Source: a virus. From it: DNA of 64,000 nucleotides. Positions within the stretch are counted from its first letter, which is position 1. Each line of letters starts with the position of its first letter. The position numbers were made by a program, and so were the translations under genes. Positions 48,109 to 57,257 of the stretch are shown piece after piece. A model generated the notes under the pieces. The model ran no database searches, was not told the DNA's origin, and saw only the letters and a list, made by a program, of their open reading frames with translations. Where the stretch lies: the IMG/VR virus record IMGVR_UViG_3300006139_000001; one strand, given 5' to 3'.

Positions 48109-51100
48109 TTGGCTGTTAAAATAAGGTTTGATTCTACTCATAATGCAGAACAACCGACATTAGTTTTAGCTACAAAAAATGGTAGGCTGATTGGTAAGCT
48201 TCCAGCAAATAATATACAGTTCAAAGATTGTATGAATGCACAATCTGAATTAAGATTCTCAGTTAATAAAGTAGATTGTTTTGCTGAAGGAGCTGAAAAT
48301 AAAAAAGCGCATATTATAGCGATTAATGTATATGGAATTATAAGTACACCAAGTGGTTATACACGTATTGGTCAAATTGAAAAAAATAAGGTAATTGAAC
48401 TTACACAATATTATAGAGTGAAAGAAAAAATTTCAAAGTCAAATTTGAAATTTTCACATAATGAATTAAAAATGAATTTTAGTAATTTGAAATTCATAAG
48501 TGAAGATGATTATTCTACATTATATGTGTCCGATGAAGAAGGTAATATTCTTATTAAAGTGGATTCAGATGGGTATGTCTATCTTAATAACGCAACAAAT
48601 TTGGGATTAGAAACAGAACAAGCGTATCTAGTAGAATTATCTTTTGATGTGCCGGTTAGTATGATTGAAAATAGGTTTTGGGAACAGATAAAAGACTTTA
48701 AATTGGTTTGGGTAAGAGAATGGAATATTTGGTTTGAAATGTATGTTGAAACAAATGAGTCTGATAGTATTTCTAAAGCAATACAAGCATATTCCCTTGG
48801 CGAAGTAGAACTTTCTCAAATTAATTTATACAATATTGAAATTAATACAGAAACAGACATTGAACGAGATGATTATAAGCCAACTGTTTTGTTTGATGAA
48901 GCAAATCCTTCTATTTCGTTATTACACAAAATAACCGAAAAAGCTCCACATTACATATTTCGTCATATTGATTTTAGTATAGCTAAAATACAAAGAACAT
49001 TTACATTTAATAACACAACGATTTATGATGCATTCCAAGAAATTTCGCAAGAGATAAATTGTTTATTTGAAATTAATTGTTATTCAAATGCAGAAGGTAA
49101 AATTATCCGAGAAATTAATGTGTATGATTTAGAATCGTATTGCTTAAATTGTAGTACTCGTGGAAATTACACAAATGTTTGTACAGAATGTGGTAGTAAA
49201 AACATTCAGCATGGATATGGAAATGATACATCTATTTTTATTTCAACAGATAATTTAGCAGACAATATCACATTTGATACAGATGAGGGTTCTGTGAAGA
49301 ATTGTTTCCGCCTTGAAGCTGGAGATGATTTAATGACTGCTACTTTAATCAACTGCAACCCTAATGGAAGTGGATATATATGGTACATTTCTGATGAAAC
49401 TAAAGAAGATATGTCATTCGACCTTGTTGCAAAATTAAACGAATACGATAAGTTATATAATTACTATCAAAAAGAATATGAAACGGTAATTAATGAAGAA
49501 TTATTGGGGAAATACAATGATTTGATTGATAAATATAGCAAATTTACATCCGATTATTCTAAAATCACTTCCCCAATTGTAGGCTATCCAGATTTAATGA
49601 AAGAATACTACAATACTATAGACTTCTATTTATATCTCAATGATAGCTTAATGCCAAGTGTCGAAACTTCAAGAACAACAGCAGGGTTAGAAGGTGCAAA
49701 ACTTAATAATATGAATCTATCTCCCGTTGCTGTCCAAAATATTGATACTTGTACTGTTTCGACTGCAACAAGTGCGGTTCTTGCAATGGCAAAAACTATT
49801 ATTAAGTCTACATATCAAGTCAAAGTAAAAGACAGTATACTCGATGAGCATATGTGGGCAGGTGTTTTTACTATTACCAATCATTCAGACGAAGAAGATA
49901 CATACACAACACCATTGGTATATGTAGCGATAACTGGCGATTATGAGAAGTTCGTAAAACAAAAGATTGACAAAGTATTAAGTAAACAAACAGATGATGT
50001 AACAGACATTGTTGGTTTGTTTGACCTCGAAGAAGATGCTTTTAAAACTGAATTGAAAAGATACAGTCTATCTAGATTAACATCTTTCCATGATTGCTGC
50101 CAAAGCTGTATTGACATATTAATTGAACAAGGAATAGCGGACAGAGAAACTTGGGCAAACCAAAATCCAGATATGTATAGAGAATTGTATGTACCATATT
50201 ACAACAAACTATCTTTTATTCAAGATGAAATTTCTGTTAGAGAAGGAGAAATATCTGTAATTATGGGTACTTACGATAAAGATGGTGACTTATCTGAACA
50301 TGGATTACAAACATATTTAGAAAATGAAAGAGATAGGATTCAAGATATATTAAATTTTGAAAAACATCTCGGAGAGAAATTATGGCTCGAATTCGTAGCT
50401 TATCGTAGAGAAGATACGTACAGCAATACAAATTATATTTCCGATGGACTTAATAATGCAGAATTATTTCAAAATGCGCTTGAATTTATTGAAGTAGCTA
50501 AAAAAGAAATTTATAAATCTGCAACTATGCAGCATTCTATTTCTGCATCATTAAAAAACCTTCTTGTAATGAAAGAGTTTGAAGCGATTCTAGATTATTT
50601 TGAGGTTGGTAATTGGTTGAGAATTAGAATTGATGATAATATTTATATTCTCCGACTTATTGAGTATGGGGTTAATTTTGATAGTTTAGAAAGTATTTCT
50701 GTTGTATTTTCTGATGTAAAAAAATTCAACAATGATTATGGAGTTAATGGAGAAGATGTATTAAACCAGGTAAAATCAATGGCTTCTTCTTATGGTTCGG
50801 TTTCTAGGCAAGCAAATAAAGGTAAAAAAAGTAATGAACGTTTAGATGCATGGGTCAACAAAGGTCTTGCACTTACAAAAATGAAGATTATTGATAATGC
50901 AGATAATCAGAATATTACTTGGGATTCTCATGGGTTGTTATGTACTGAATACCTACCAATTACAGATACATATGATGATAAACAACTAAAAATCATTAAT
51001 AAGGGTTTGTATCTTACCGATGACAATTGGCTCACTTCAAGGGCTGGCATCGGTAATTTTTCTTTTTACAATCCAGAAACAGGATTGATGGAAGAATCAT

Positions 51101-51786
51101 ATGGAGTTATTGCTGACACATTGGTAGGTAATCTTGTTCTTTCTGAAAAGGTTGGAGTTTATAATACAAAAAATAGCATTGTTCTTGGAGAAAATGGTGC
51201 AATTATAACTGCTGATAATACTGCTTCTGGCAACAACCAAATGACCTTTACTATTCAACGAAAAGAATTGGATGTAAACGGAAATGAGTATATCACTCCA
51301 CTTATGTATATAGATAACTACGGCAATCTTGTGTTAAATGGCTCTATTAGGATAAATTCTACCTCCGATGATTCTATTTCGTCATTGGATGAGCTTGCGG
51401 ATATTGGAAGATTTACAAAAGAAATACAAGACAATATTTATGAACAGCTTCATGGTGAAGATGGTGTGTATTCGACATTAGATGCAAAAATCCAAGAGCA
51501 AATGAAATATACTGAGAAGATGTTGTCAGATTATAAAGCAGAAGTCGGTCAGTATTTAAACTATGATGAAAACGGATTAACCCTTGGAGCATCAACTAGC
51601 GCATTTAAAACTGTTATAGACAACCAGAGACTTGCTTTTTATGATGGAAATAATGTTGTTGCTTATATCAGTAACAACCAACTTTATATTCCAAATGCTG
51701 TAATTCAAAATATGTTTTCTTTAGGTAAATATGCTTTTGTTCCAAGAGAAACTGGCGGACTTTCATTAATGTGGCAAGGTGATTAA
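48109..51786 (+). CDS. Baseplate hub / tail spike (Tal-like)
   Basis: Follows Dit; FEVGNWLRI..RLIEY motif; 1225 aa. Confidence 0.65.
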   Translation: MAVKIRFDSTHNAEQPTLVLATKNGRLIGKLPANNIQFKDCMNAQSELRFSVNKVDCFAEGAENKKAHIIAINVYGIISTPSGYTRIGQIEKNKVIELTQYYRVKEKISKSNLKFSHNELKMNFSNLKFISEDDYSTLYVSDEEGNILIKVDSDGYVYLNNATNLGLETEQAYLVELSFDVPVSMIENRFWEQIKDFKLVWVREWNIWFEMYVETNESDSISKAIQAYSLGEVELSQINLYNIEINTETDIERDDYKPTVLFDEANPSISLLHKITEKAPHYIFRHIDFSIAKIQRTFTFNNTTIYDAFQEISQEINCLFEINCYSNAEGKIIREINVYDLESYCLNCSTRGNYTNVCTECGSKNIQHGYGNDTSIFISTDNLADNITFDTDEGSVKNCFRLEAGDDLMTATLINCNPNGSGYIWYISDETKEDMSFDLVAKLNEYDKLYNYYQKEYETVINEELLGKYNDLIDKYSKFTSDYSKITSPIVGYPDLMKEYYNTIDFYLYLNDSLMPSVETSRTTAGLEGAKLNNMNLSPVAVQNIDTCTVSTATSAVLAMAKTIIKSTYQVKVKDSILDEHMWAGVFTITNHSDEEDTYTTPLVYVAITGDYEKFVKQKIDKVLSKQTDDVTDIVGLFDLEEDAFKTELKRYSLSRLTSFHDCCQSCIDILIEQGIADRETWANQNPDMYRELYVPYYNKLSFIQDEISVREGEISVIMGTYDKDGDLSEHGLQTYLENERDRIQDILNFEKHLGEKLWLEFVAYRREDTYSNTNYISDGLNNAELFQNALEFIEVAKKEIYKSATMQHSISASLKNLLVMKEFEAILDYFEVGNWLRIRIDDNIYILRLIEYGVNFDSLESISVVFSDVKKFNNDYGVNGEDVLNQVKSMASSYGSVSRQANKGKKSNERLDAWVNKGLALTKMKIIDNADNQNITWDSHGLLCTEYLPITDTYDDKQLKIINKGLYLTDDNWLTSRAGIGNFSFYNPETGLMEESYGVIADTLVGNLVLSEKVGVYNTKNSIVLGENGAIITADNTASGNNQMTFTIQRKELDVNGNEYITPLMYIDNYGNLVLNGSIRINSTSDDSISSLDELADIGRFTKEIQDNIYEQLHGEDGVYSTLDAKIQEQMKYTEKMLSDYKAEVGQYLNYDENGLTLGASTSAFKTVIDNQRLAFYDGNNVVAYISNNQLYIPNAVIQNMFSLGKYAFVPRETGGLSLMWQGD

Positions 51787-51808
51787 TCAGAAAGGAGGAA
51801 AATAATAT

Positions 51809-53302
51809 ATGGCTTTAAGTGGTAGTTTTTATAATTATCCAGTAAATAATTTTGGATTGTATTGCGAATGGTCGGGTTCTCAAAGTGTAAGTGGAAACTA
51901 TACTGATATAACTTTAAATGTATATCTAAAGTATTGGTCATTAAATGTAGGAGCGAGAAGTGATAGTACTGTTTCTATAAACGGAGAAACAGAAACATAT
52001 ACAGTACCAGCAATTAACCATTACCCTAATACAAATTATACAAGGCTTATAAAAACAAAGACTACTAGAGTTTATCATAACAATGATGGTACAAAATCAT
52101 GTACCTTGTCTGCATCTTGGCGAATGAGTGGTACATATAGTGGTGTGAGTGTTGGGACAATTACGGCTTCAACAACAGTCACATTAAACACTATTGCTCG
52201 TGCCTCTAGCATCACATCTGCATCAAATATAACTCTTGGAAATGCCTGTAGTGTAACATGGACACCAGCATCAAGCGGGTTTAGATACAAATTAAAATTT
52301 GCAATAGGTAACTGGACTCATACAACTGATTATATAAGTCCAAATAGGACAAGTTCTTATACATATACAGGATATACAATCCCCACTTCTGTTTCGAGTC
52401 AATTACCTAACACAGCATCCGGAACAATGACAGTATATTTATATTCATATTCTGGTTCAACTCAAATAGGTTCAACGGCAAGTAAGAACTTTATTATTTA
52501 TGTGCCTAGTAATATAATCCCGACGCTTGGAACGGTTTCGGCAACAATTGTTAATTCTAATTCTGTTATTAATAAATGGGGAATTGCTGTTGCTGGTTAT
52601 ACAAAAGTTAAAATATCTGCAACAGCAAGCGGTTCTAATGGTTCGACAATTAAAAGTTTTACAATTTCTGGTGGATATTCTACAACACAAAATGGAGCTT
52701 CTCTTTCTTATACTGGAGGTATAATTTCTTCATCTGGTAGTAAAACATTTACTGTTGTTGCAAAGGATAGTCGTGGACGAAACTCTGCTTCAAAATCTAC
52801 TTCTGCTATAACCTTTTATCAGTATTCTAGCCCATCAGTTACTACCTTTACCGCCACTAGGTCAGAGACAAATGCCAAAAAAATAGTTGTAAAAGCAAAT
52901 TGGAATTATGCGAGTGTAAATGGTAAAAACTCTACAACTGCAACATTGTATTACAAGAGGTCAAATACATATACTTGGTCAACATATGGAACAATTTCTA
53001 GAAATACATCTATTACTTTGACAAATGATTTTGAAGAAATATATTCGTATGACTTTAGAATTAATGTAGTAGATTCTATAGGTTCTTCTGCACAAATGGA
53101 TGCATTCGTCTCTACAATCGAAGTTTTAATGGACTTTAAAGAGGGCGGGAAAGGTCTTGGCATCGGGAAAATTGCAGAAACCGATAAAATGGAGGTTGCT
53201 CTTGATTCAATATTTATAGGGGATGTATTTATTAGAAGGGGTAGTATAGATATACCATTACAAACATACATCAAAAATGTAGCAAATGGACTTTATGATT
53301 AG
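51809..53302 (+). CDS. Siphovirus minor tail protein (DUF859-like)
   Basis: Ser/Thr-rich beta protein; TIARASS and GLGIGKIAE motifs. Confidence 0.6.
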   Translation: MALSGSFYNYPVNNFGLYCEWSGSQSVSGNYTDITLNVYLKYWSLNVGARSDSTVSINGETETYTVPAINHYPNTNYTRLIKTKTTRVYHNNDGTKSCTLSASWRMSGTYSGVSVGTITASTTVTLNTIARASSITSASNITLGNACSVTWTPASSGFRYKLKFAIGNWTHTTDYISPNRTSSYTYTGYTIPTSVSSQLPNTASGTMTVYLYSYSGSTQIGSTASKNFIIYVPSNIIPTLGTVSATIVNSNSVINKWGIAVAGYTKVKISATASGSNGSTIKSFTISGGYSTTQNGASLSYTGGIISSSGSKTFTVVAKDSRGRNSASKSTSAITFYQYSSPSVTTFTATRSETNAKKIVVKANWNYASVNGKNSTTATLYYKRSNTYTWSTYGTISRNTSITLTNDFEEIYSYDFRINVVDSIGSSAQMDAFVSTIEVLMDFKEGGKGLGIGKIAETDKMEVALDSIFIGDVFIRRGSIDIPLQTYIKNVANGLYD

Positions 53303-53323
53303 TTGAAAAAGAGGAAATAATAT

Positions 53324-53536
53324 ATGAATAATGAGATTTTAAAACCAATGTCTATAGCAAGAATAGAGTTTATTAATGCTCTTACGGATTTGATTAATAA
53401 TTGTAAATTGCCACCGTTTGTAATTGAAGCAGTATTAAAGGACATGTATAATGATGTTCGTTTGTTATCTCAGCGGCAGTTAGAGATTGACACGAAAAAA
53501 TATAATGAGCAATTAGATTGCAATGGTGAACAGTAA
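53324..53536 (+). CDS. Small phage protein
   Basis: GAGG RBS; INNCKLPPFVIE. Confidence 0.7.
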   Translation: MNNEILKPMSIARIEFINALTDLINNCKLPPFVIEAVLKDMYNDVRLLSQRQLEIDTKKYNEQLDCNGEQ

Positions 53537-53538
53537 GG

Positions 53539-54006
53539 TTGGTGATATTTTTGAAGCATTTATCCGATAAACAATATCAGAAGGAATTGCAAGAAATAAG
53601 AGAGATAAATAAGCAAAAGGAATATCGGCTAAAACTAAAATTTGAAAAGGATAAGTATAAGAAACATTTCAAAATTGAAACAAGTAAAATACTTGCCATA
53701 TATCTTTTTGCTATGCTTAATGTTATTGTAATTTATGCTATGGTTGCTATGTGGAAGTTTGTTGATTTTACATACTTAGGAGTCCTTATAACTGATATTG
53801 CTGCGCAAATAATGATTTACGCCATCTATTGTATGAAAGCATACAAAGCAAAGAAATCAGAAGAAGATTTGAAATTTGAGCGTGAAAAGTTATCTGGTTC
53901 ACTTAGAGATGTTTTGAGTGCTGGTGCAGAGAGTGGAGAATATGTCCCTACAACAACTGGAAATGTAGAGGTATTTACAACCAACAGTGAAGATGCTGTT
54001 GGTTAA
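53539..54006 (+). CDS. Membrane protein (2 TM), lysis region
   Basis: Two hydrophobic helices; start uncertain. Confidence 0.65.
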   Translation: MVIFLKHLSDKQYQKELQEIREINKQKEYRLKLKFEKDKYKKHFKIETSKILAIYLFAMLNVIVIYAMVAMWKFVDFTYLGVLITDIAAQIMIYAIYCMKAYKAKKSEEDLKFEREKLSGSLRDVLSAGAESGEYVPTTTGNVEVFTTNSEDAVG

Positions 54007-54041
54007 TTTTATATGTGTGATTAAAGAAAGGAATAGATATT

Positions 54042-54440
54042 ATGTTAGATGGAATTAAGAATTTCTTGCAGTTTGTTAATGACAACTGGACTACTATCAT
54101 TATTATCATTTCTCTTGGCATTGCCCTTTATCAGAAGATTAAGAACTATGTTTCAAAATCCAATGCAGAGAAAATTGAAGTGGCAAAGAAACAGATTCAA
54201 GAAGTTATTTTGAAACTTATTTCTGATGCAGAGTATGACTATGAAGAATTTGTTAAGGCTGGCTCTATCAAGAGAGCGCAGGTTATCCAGAAGATTTTCG
54301 AGGACTACCCCATTCTTGCCAAAGTTACTGACCAGACCGCACTTGTTGAGTGGATTGATGAAACTATCGACAACGCTTTAAAAACTCTCCGTGAAATCGT
54401 TGCTATGAACAAGGAAGAAACGGTAGATGTCGAAAGTTGA
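54042..54440 (+). CDS. Putative holin
   Basis: One N-terminal TM plus charged helical tail; upstream of the endolysin. Confidence 0.6.
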   Translation: MLDGIKNFLQFVNDNWTTIIIIISLGIALYQKIKNYVSKSNAEKIEVAKKQIQEVILKLISDAEYDYEEFVKAGSIKRAQVIQKIFEDYPILAKVTDQTALVEWIDETIDNALKTLREIVAMNKEETVDVES

Positions 54441-54474
54441 GAGCGCTGGTTAAAATTTAATAATACGATACGAT

Positions 54475-54503
54475 AGACCGCCTTTCCATAGGCGGTCTTT
54501 TTT
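54475..54503 (+). terminator. Rho-independent terminator
   Basis: AGACCGCCT/AGGCGGTCT + T-tract. Confidence 0.8.
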
Positions 54504-54528
54504 GTATATAGAAAGGAAAACTTTGAAA

Positions 54529-56634
54529 ATGAGTTTGAAAGGTTTAAATAACGCAGAAAAGATTTGGAACTACCTGAAAGATAAAGGATTGAATGATTAT
54601 GGTTGTGCGGGTTTGCTCGGAAATTTGAATGCGGAAAGTGCGTTAAGACCTAACAACTTGCAAAACACATATGAAAAGAAACTCGGTTATACCGATGATG
54701 CTTATGTTGCTGCGGTTGATAGTGGAGCGTATACAAACTTCGTTAAAGATTCAGCAGGTTTCGGATTAGCACAGTGGACTTATTGGAGTAGAAAACAAAG
54801 CCTTTTAAATTTTGCAAAGTCTGTTGGTAAGTCGATTGGAGATTTAGAAATGCAACTCGATTTCTTATGGAAAGAGTTGAGTGAGAGTTATAAGTCTGTA
54901 CTTACAACACTGAAAACCGCAACTACTGTTCTTGAAGCATCAAATGCGGTTCTCTTGAAGTTTGAAAGACCTGCTGACCAGGGCGAAGCAGTTCAGAAAA
55001 AGAGGGCAAGTTATGGTCAGACATATTATGACAAGTATGCTACCAAAACAACAATTCCAGTAAGTTCTGATTTGAAGTATGACGAAAATGACATCGTTGA
55101 TTTCATAGGAACAGTGCATTATACAAATGCAAATGCCGTTTCTGGCTTTGCCTGTAAAGCCGGTGTTGCGAAAGTATCAAATACAGCTAAGGGTTCAAAA
55201 CACCCTTACCATTTAATCAAAGTCTCTGGTGGTGGCTCTACCGTTTATGGTTGGGTGGATGAAGTCAATATCAAGGGATTACACGAAGATAAAATAACCG
55301 AAGAAGCAGATAAACAGACTGGAGGTACAATTATGGGATATACAAATAGCAGTTTAGTTTCATACACAAAAATTAGTCCTAACAGAACTAAAAATCGTAA
55401 CCACGCAATCGACACAATTACGATTCACTGTGTTGTAGGTCAGTGTTCAGTTGAAACACTTGGTAATGTTTTTGCACCTACTTCAAGACAGGCTTCCTCA
55501 AATTATGGTGTTGGTTATGATGGTAGAATTGGTATGTATGTTGAAGAAAAAGACCGTTCTTGGTGTTCTTCAAATGCAGCAAATGACCACAGAGCAATTA
55601 CTATTGAAGTTGCTAGTGATACAACTCATCCTTATGCTGTTACAGATAAGGCTCTTGCCGCAACTATCGAGTTAGTTGCTGATATTTGTAAAAGAAATGG
55701 TATTAAAAAACTTGTTTGGTCTACTAACAAGGATGATAGAGTGAACCATAGAAATGGTTGTAATATGACGGTACACCGTGACTATGCAAACAAGTCTTGC
55801 CCTGGCGATTACTTATACAACAAACATGGTTATATTGCCGAACAAGTTAATAAGAGACTTGGGGTTACTGAACCAATAACTCCTGCTCCATCAACTTCAA
55901 AATTGCAGTTCATAGAGGGTGATATTGTAAACTTCTCTGGTGGTAAGCATTATAGTTCTGCAAGTGCCACAAATGGTACAAACGTTAAAGCAAGCAAAGC
56001 CAAAGTTACAAGTACATATGAGAATGGCAAGCATCCATATCATCTCCGTGCAGTGAATGATAAGGGTGCTTTTATTAGTGGTGTTTATGGTTGGGTAGAT
56101 GCATCCACTGTGTCTGCCATTAAAACGGAAACTCCGAATCCTACAACTCCTACGAACCCAACTCCCGTTCCTGCTACCCTTTCTGCTGGTACGAAATTAA
56201 CTCTTAAAAATGTTGCTTTGTATGTTTCTTCTGGTGCTGCAACAAAAGCCGCAACAAGAAGTGGTACTTATTATGTATGGAGTAAAGATGTTATCAACAA
56301 CAGAATTCGTATTACAAATAACACTGCAAATGTTGGTAAATCAGGACAGGTTACAGGCTGGATTTCTTATGCCGATGCAAAGAATGCCGCTGGTATCTCA
56401 TCTTCTACCCCTACAACCTTTACTTCTTATAGAGTTAAGGTTACTGCGGATGTTCTGAACATTCGTAAAGGAGCAGGAACAAATTATACTGTAGCTGGTT
56501 CAATTAAAGATAAAGGTGTTTATACAATTGTTGACGAATCCTCCGGAATTGGTGCGACAAAATGGGGATTATTGAAATCATATCAAAAGAACAAAGATGG
56601 ATGGATTTCTCTTGATTATGTTAGAAAAGTATAA
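54529..56634 (+). CDS. Modular endolysin: phage-tail-lysozyme-like + amidase_2 + SH3-like domains
   Basis: GNLNAES/GLAQWT/FERP lysozyme motifs; ITIHC...SSNY...TIEV...HR...KSCPG amidase motifs; LNIRKGAGT...GWI. Confidence 0.85.
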   Translation: MSLKGLNNAEKIWNYLKDKGLNDYGCAGLLGNLNAESALRPNNLQNTYEKKLGYTDDAYVAAVDSGAYTNFVKDSAGFGLAQWTYWSRKQSLLNFAKSVGKSIGDLEMQLDFLWKELSESYKSVLTTLKTATTVLEASNAVLLKFERPADQGEAVQKKRASYGQTYYDKYATKTTIPVSSDLKYDENDIVDFIGTVHYTNANAVSGFACKAGVAKVSNTAKGSKHPYHLIKVSGGGSTVYGWVDEVNIKGLHEDKITEEADKQTGGTIMGYTNSSLVSYTKISPNRTKNRNHAIDTITIHCVVGQCSVETLGNVFAPTSRQASSNYGVGYDGRIGMYVEEKDRSWCSSNAANDHRAITIEVASDTTHPYAVTDKALAATIELVADICKRNGIKKLVWSTNKDDRVNHRNGCNMTVHRDYANKSCPGDYLYNKHGYIAEQVNKRLGVTEPITPAPSTSKLQFIEGDIVNFSGGKHYSSASATNGTNVKASKAKVTSTYENGKHPYHLRAVNDKGAFISGVYGWVDASTVSAIKTETPNPTTPTNPTPVPATLSAGTKLTLKNVALYVSSGAATKAATRSGTYYVWSKDVINNRIRITNNTANVGKSGQVTGWISYADAKNAAGISSSTPTTFTSYRVKVTADVLNIRKGAGTNYTVAGSIKDKGVYTIVDESSGIGATKWGLLKSYQKNKDGWISLDYVRKV

Positions 56635-56657
56635 TTACGAAAGGAAATAGTTGAAAT

Positions 56658-57116
56658 ATGGACACACAATCAATATGGGATTTGTTGTCCGGTATTCCTA
56701 TCGGAACTTTGGTAGCGTGGATAATTGTTATCTTCGCTATCATTTCCGTACTTTGTACTGTGACAATAAGGCTTTATAAGATATTTGAAAAGTACAAAGA
56801 AGTTAAAGATAAGAATGAAAAACAAGAAAAAATAATTGAGGGGCATGAAAAAACTCTTGAAGAAATTGAAAAATCATTAGTTAGCATAAAAAAGTCCCTA
56901 GATGAACAAAAGGAAGTTAATTTAAAACAAATTCGACACACAATAGTACATACTTGTGAAGATGCTATCGACAAAGGGGAAATTTCAATTAATAAATTGC
57001 AGTCTTTAGAAGAAATGTTTGATGAGTATACTGAAATATTTCATGGTAATGGCTATGTTAAGACATTAGTTAAAAAAGTTAGAGAACTTCCTGTTGTTGG
57101 AAACTTTGATGAATAA
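56658..57116 (+). CDS. Holin-like membrane protein
   Basis: One TM plus coiled coil, HGNGY C-terminal motif. Confidence 0.55.
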   Translation: MDTQSIWDLLSGIPIGTLVAWIIVIFAIISVLCTVTIRLYKIFEKYKEVKDKNEKQEKIIEGHEKTLEEIEKSLVSIKKSLDEQKEVNLKQIRHTIVHTCEDAIDKGEISINKLQSLEEMFDEYTEIFHGNGYVKTLVKKVRELPVVGNFDE

Positions 57117-57143
57117 TAAAATGAAGGTTTTATTATCAAATAA

Positions 57144-57191
57144 AACCAATATATAGTGTCTATGTTTTGAAATATAGTCTATATATGGTAC
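57144..57191. promoter_or_regulatory. Tandem NrdR-box-like sites
   Basis: Cores CAATATATAG (57147) and CTATATATGG (57179), 32 bp apart. Confidence 0.45.
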
Positions 57192-57198
57192 TAAATCG

Positions 57199-57228
57199 AC
57201 GGTACGGATTTATATATCCGTACCGTTT
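57199..57228 (+). terminator. Rho-independent terminator
   Basis: ACGGTACGGAT/ATCCGTACCGT + TT. Confidence 0.7.
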
Positions 57229-57257
57229 ATTATATTGTATTTGAAAGGGAGGACTAT

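Noticed and set aside
27040-49400. Other CTGATGA hammerhead-core matches (e.g. about 27045, 45426, 47781, 49391)
   Set aside because: Inside coding sequence without evident flanking stems or a correctly placed GAAA
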